Assembly: GCA_038087875.1 (NCBI GenBank)
Contig: CM075980.1
Span: 79,112,001-79,176,000, forward strand
Reading direction: 5' to 3'
Length of the DNA stretch: 64,000 bases
Source: Malacoraja senta
Taxonomy: Eukaryota
Positions 62,556-64,000 of this stretch are shown here, one piece after another. Numbering within the stretch: the stretch's first letter is position 1; each line of letters begins with the position of its first letter. The notes below the pieces were generated by a model. It was not told the DNA's origin, made no database searches, and saw nothing but the letters and a program-made list of their open reading frames with translations. The position numbers and the translations under genes were made by a program.

Positions 62556-64000
62556 TACATCACATACATATATACACCCACACATACTTACACACAAAAA
62601 ACAAACAATAGTGCAATGATAACAATAAAAGTCCATGTAGTTCAGAATAAGTCATTAATTTTAGTTACACTTATATTACGAAGTTGAAATAAATCTTAAA
62701 AATCTGAATAGTTTCTGTTATTTTCCCTGTTTTCCCAGTCTTTTTTTGTATCTTAATGTAAATGTTACAAGAGATCTTTGTTTTTAGACAGTCATCAAAG
62801 CTGCTCAAATGATTAGGTTTTCTATTCTCGTGGAAATCTCTGCAATGGTGTATATTTGATTTGTTGATTCTACGTCGGTTAAGCTCTTTATTTCTCGACA
62901 AAATAATGACTAGGGAATACGTGAATGATTGTGTCAGTAATATCATGTGTTCCATGTTGTCTTTACAGATATTAGTTTTGTTATCATAATGAAACTTAGT
63001 CTTAAGAGTTGTGTCGGTGATTAATAAATGATACATATTACTATTGTTATAATCAATGTTCATTATTTATTTTAAAGTAAGTTACTGATCAGACTTGAAG
63101 ATACTGTTTTGAGAAGTGACGTTTCTTTATTTTTCATGAAGTTCTCCTTTCGTTTTGATTATAATAGTGTTTATCTCGTTAACGAGAATGGCCTTTACAA
63201 CTCCAAGAATAGTAGCTGCAGATATGATAATGAAATAGGATCCAGCTGTGGTGGGATAAGAACACTCAGAACTAATTGGGGTAGTTATTAACTTGCCTTT
63301 TTGGGAACTTTCATAGCTTAAAATGTAACGCAATGGAAATTGGGTGGTTCCTCTGAAGAGTTAGTCATTTTGTTCAGCCAAGATTTTATCCAGTTCTGTG
63401 ACCAGAAAATTCTATCAGACTTCAGAAATCTTTTCCCTTAACTCACAAATCAACTTGGGAAACATCTCATCAGACCTTGAGGGATTTATCTTGCTCTAAG
63501 ACTGCTAAGATATTTAATATCTCATCTTTTTCAAAGATAATTTGCTCTACAATTCAATTGCTTCTCTCTTGAATTCTTCAAATACAATACCTTTCCATAA
63601 AATACAAATGCCAACAAGCATTGTGAACCACCCACATGCAATTCTTCCAATGTCTTCCTCTACCTATCATCTCTCTCTCCCCTCAAATAATTTCCCATCT
63701 ACAGCACAGCTATTTACTGTCTCATAGGATCAATACACACGGAGGATAAAAAATAAACTTGTACTACTGTTTATGGCACAGTCTCACCCCGGGAATGGCA
63801 TTTTCCCTTTCAGCCTTCAGTACAGCTTATCACCAGTTTAACATCGAATGATGGCCCCTGCAACATTTTTACTATTTCCCAAAGCAAAGACTCTTAAGAA
63901 CTGAACACTCATGTGACTGAAATGACTAGCTGTATAGTTTATTTGTCCTTCCTGTGGAAATATCTGACCCCCCTCCCAATCCCCTTTCCCTCCCAATCCC

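Overview
Eukaryotic, almost entirely non-coding DNA. The repeat content (tRNA-derived V-SINE/HE1-like SINEs sharing 3' tails with CR1/HER1-like LINEs) points to a cartilaginous fish, probably a skate, ray or shark; this is inference. A CpG-island promoter region (~3.0-7.7 kb, broken by a 200-N scaffold gap) is followed by what looks like one very large + strand intron. That intron holds repeat-poor blocks resembling conserved non-coding elements and one clean candidate exon at 58033-58151. I could not name the host gene, and no intact cellular CDS is supported; the longer recognisable ORFs are retroelement remnants. The most interesting signal is a dispersed family of about 15 short Penelope-like elements carrying a minimal hammerhead-ribozyme motif (CTGANGA-stem II-GAAACGTH). 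Many are inserted as fold-back palindromes with 10-14 bp target-site duplications, and in several copies the two arms share copy-specific variants. Also present: a composite Helitron with a duplicated 5' end and minisatellites inserted at an AT site in a CR1 tail, Harbinger-type MITEs, an RTE LINE 3' end and Rex/Babar-tailed elements.
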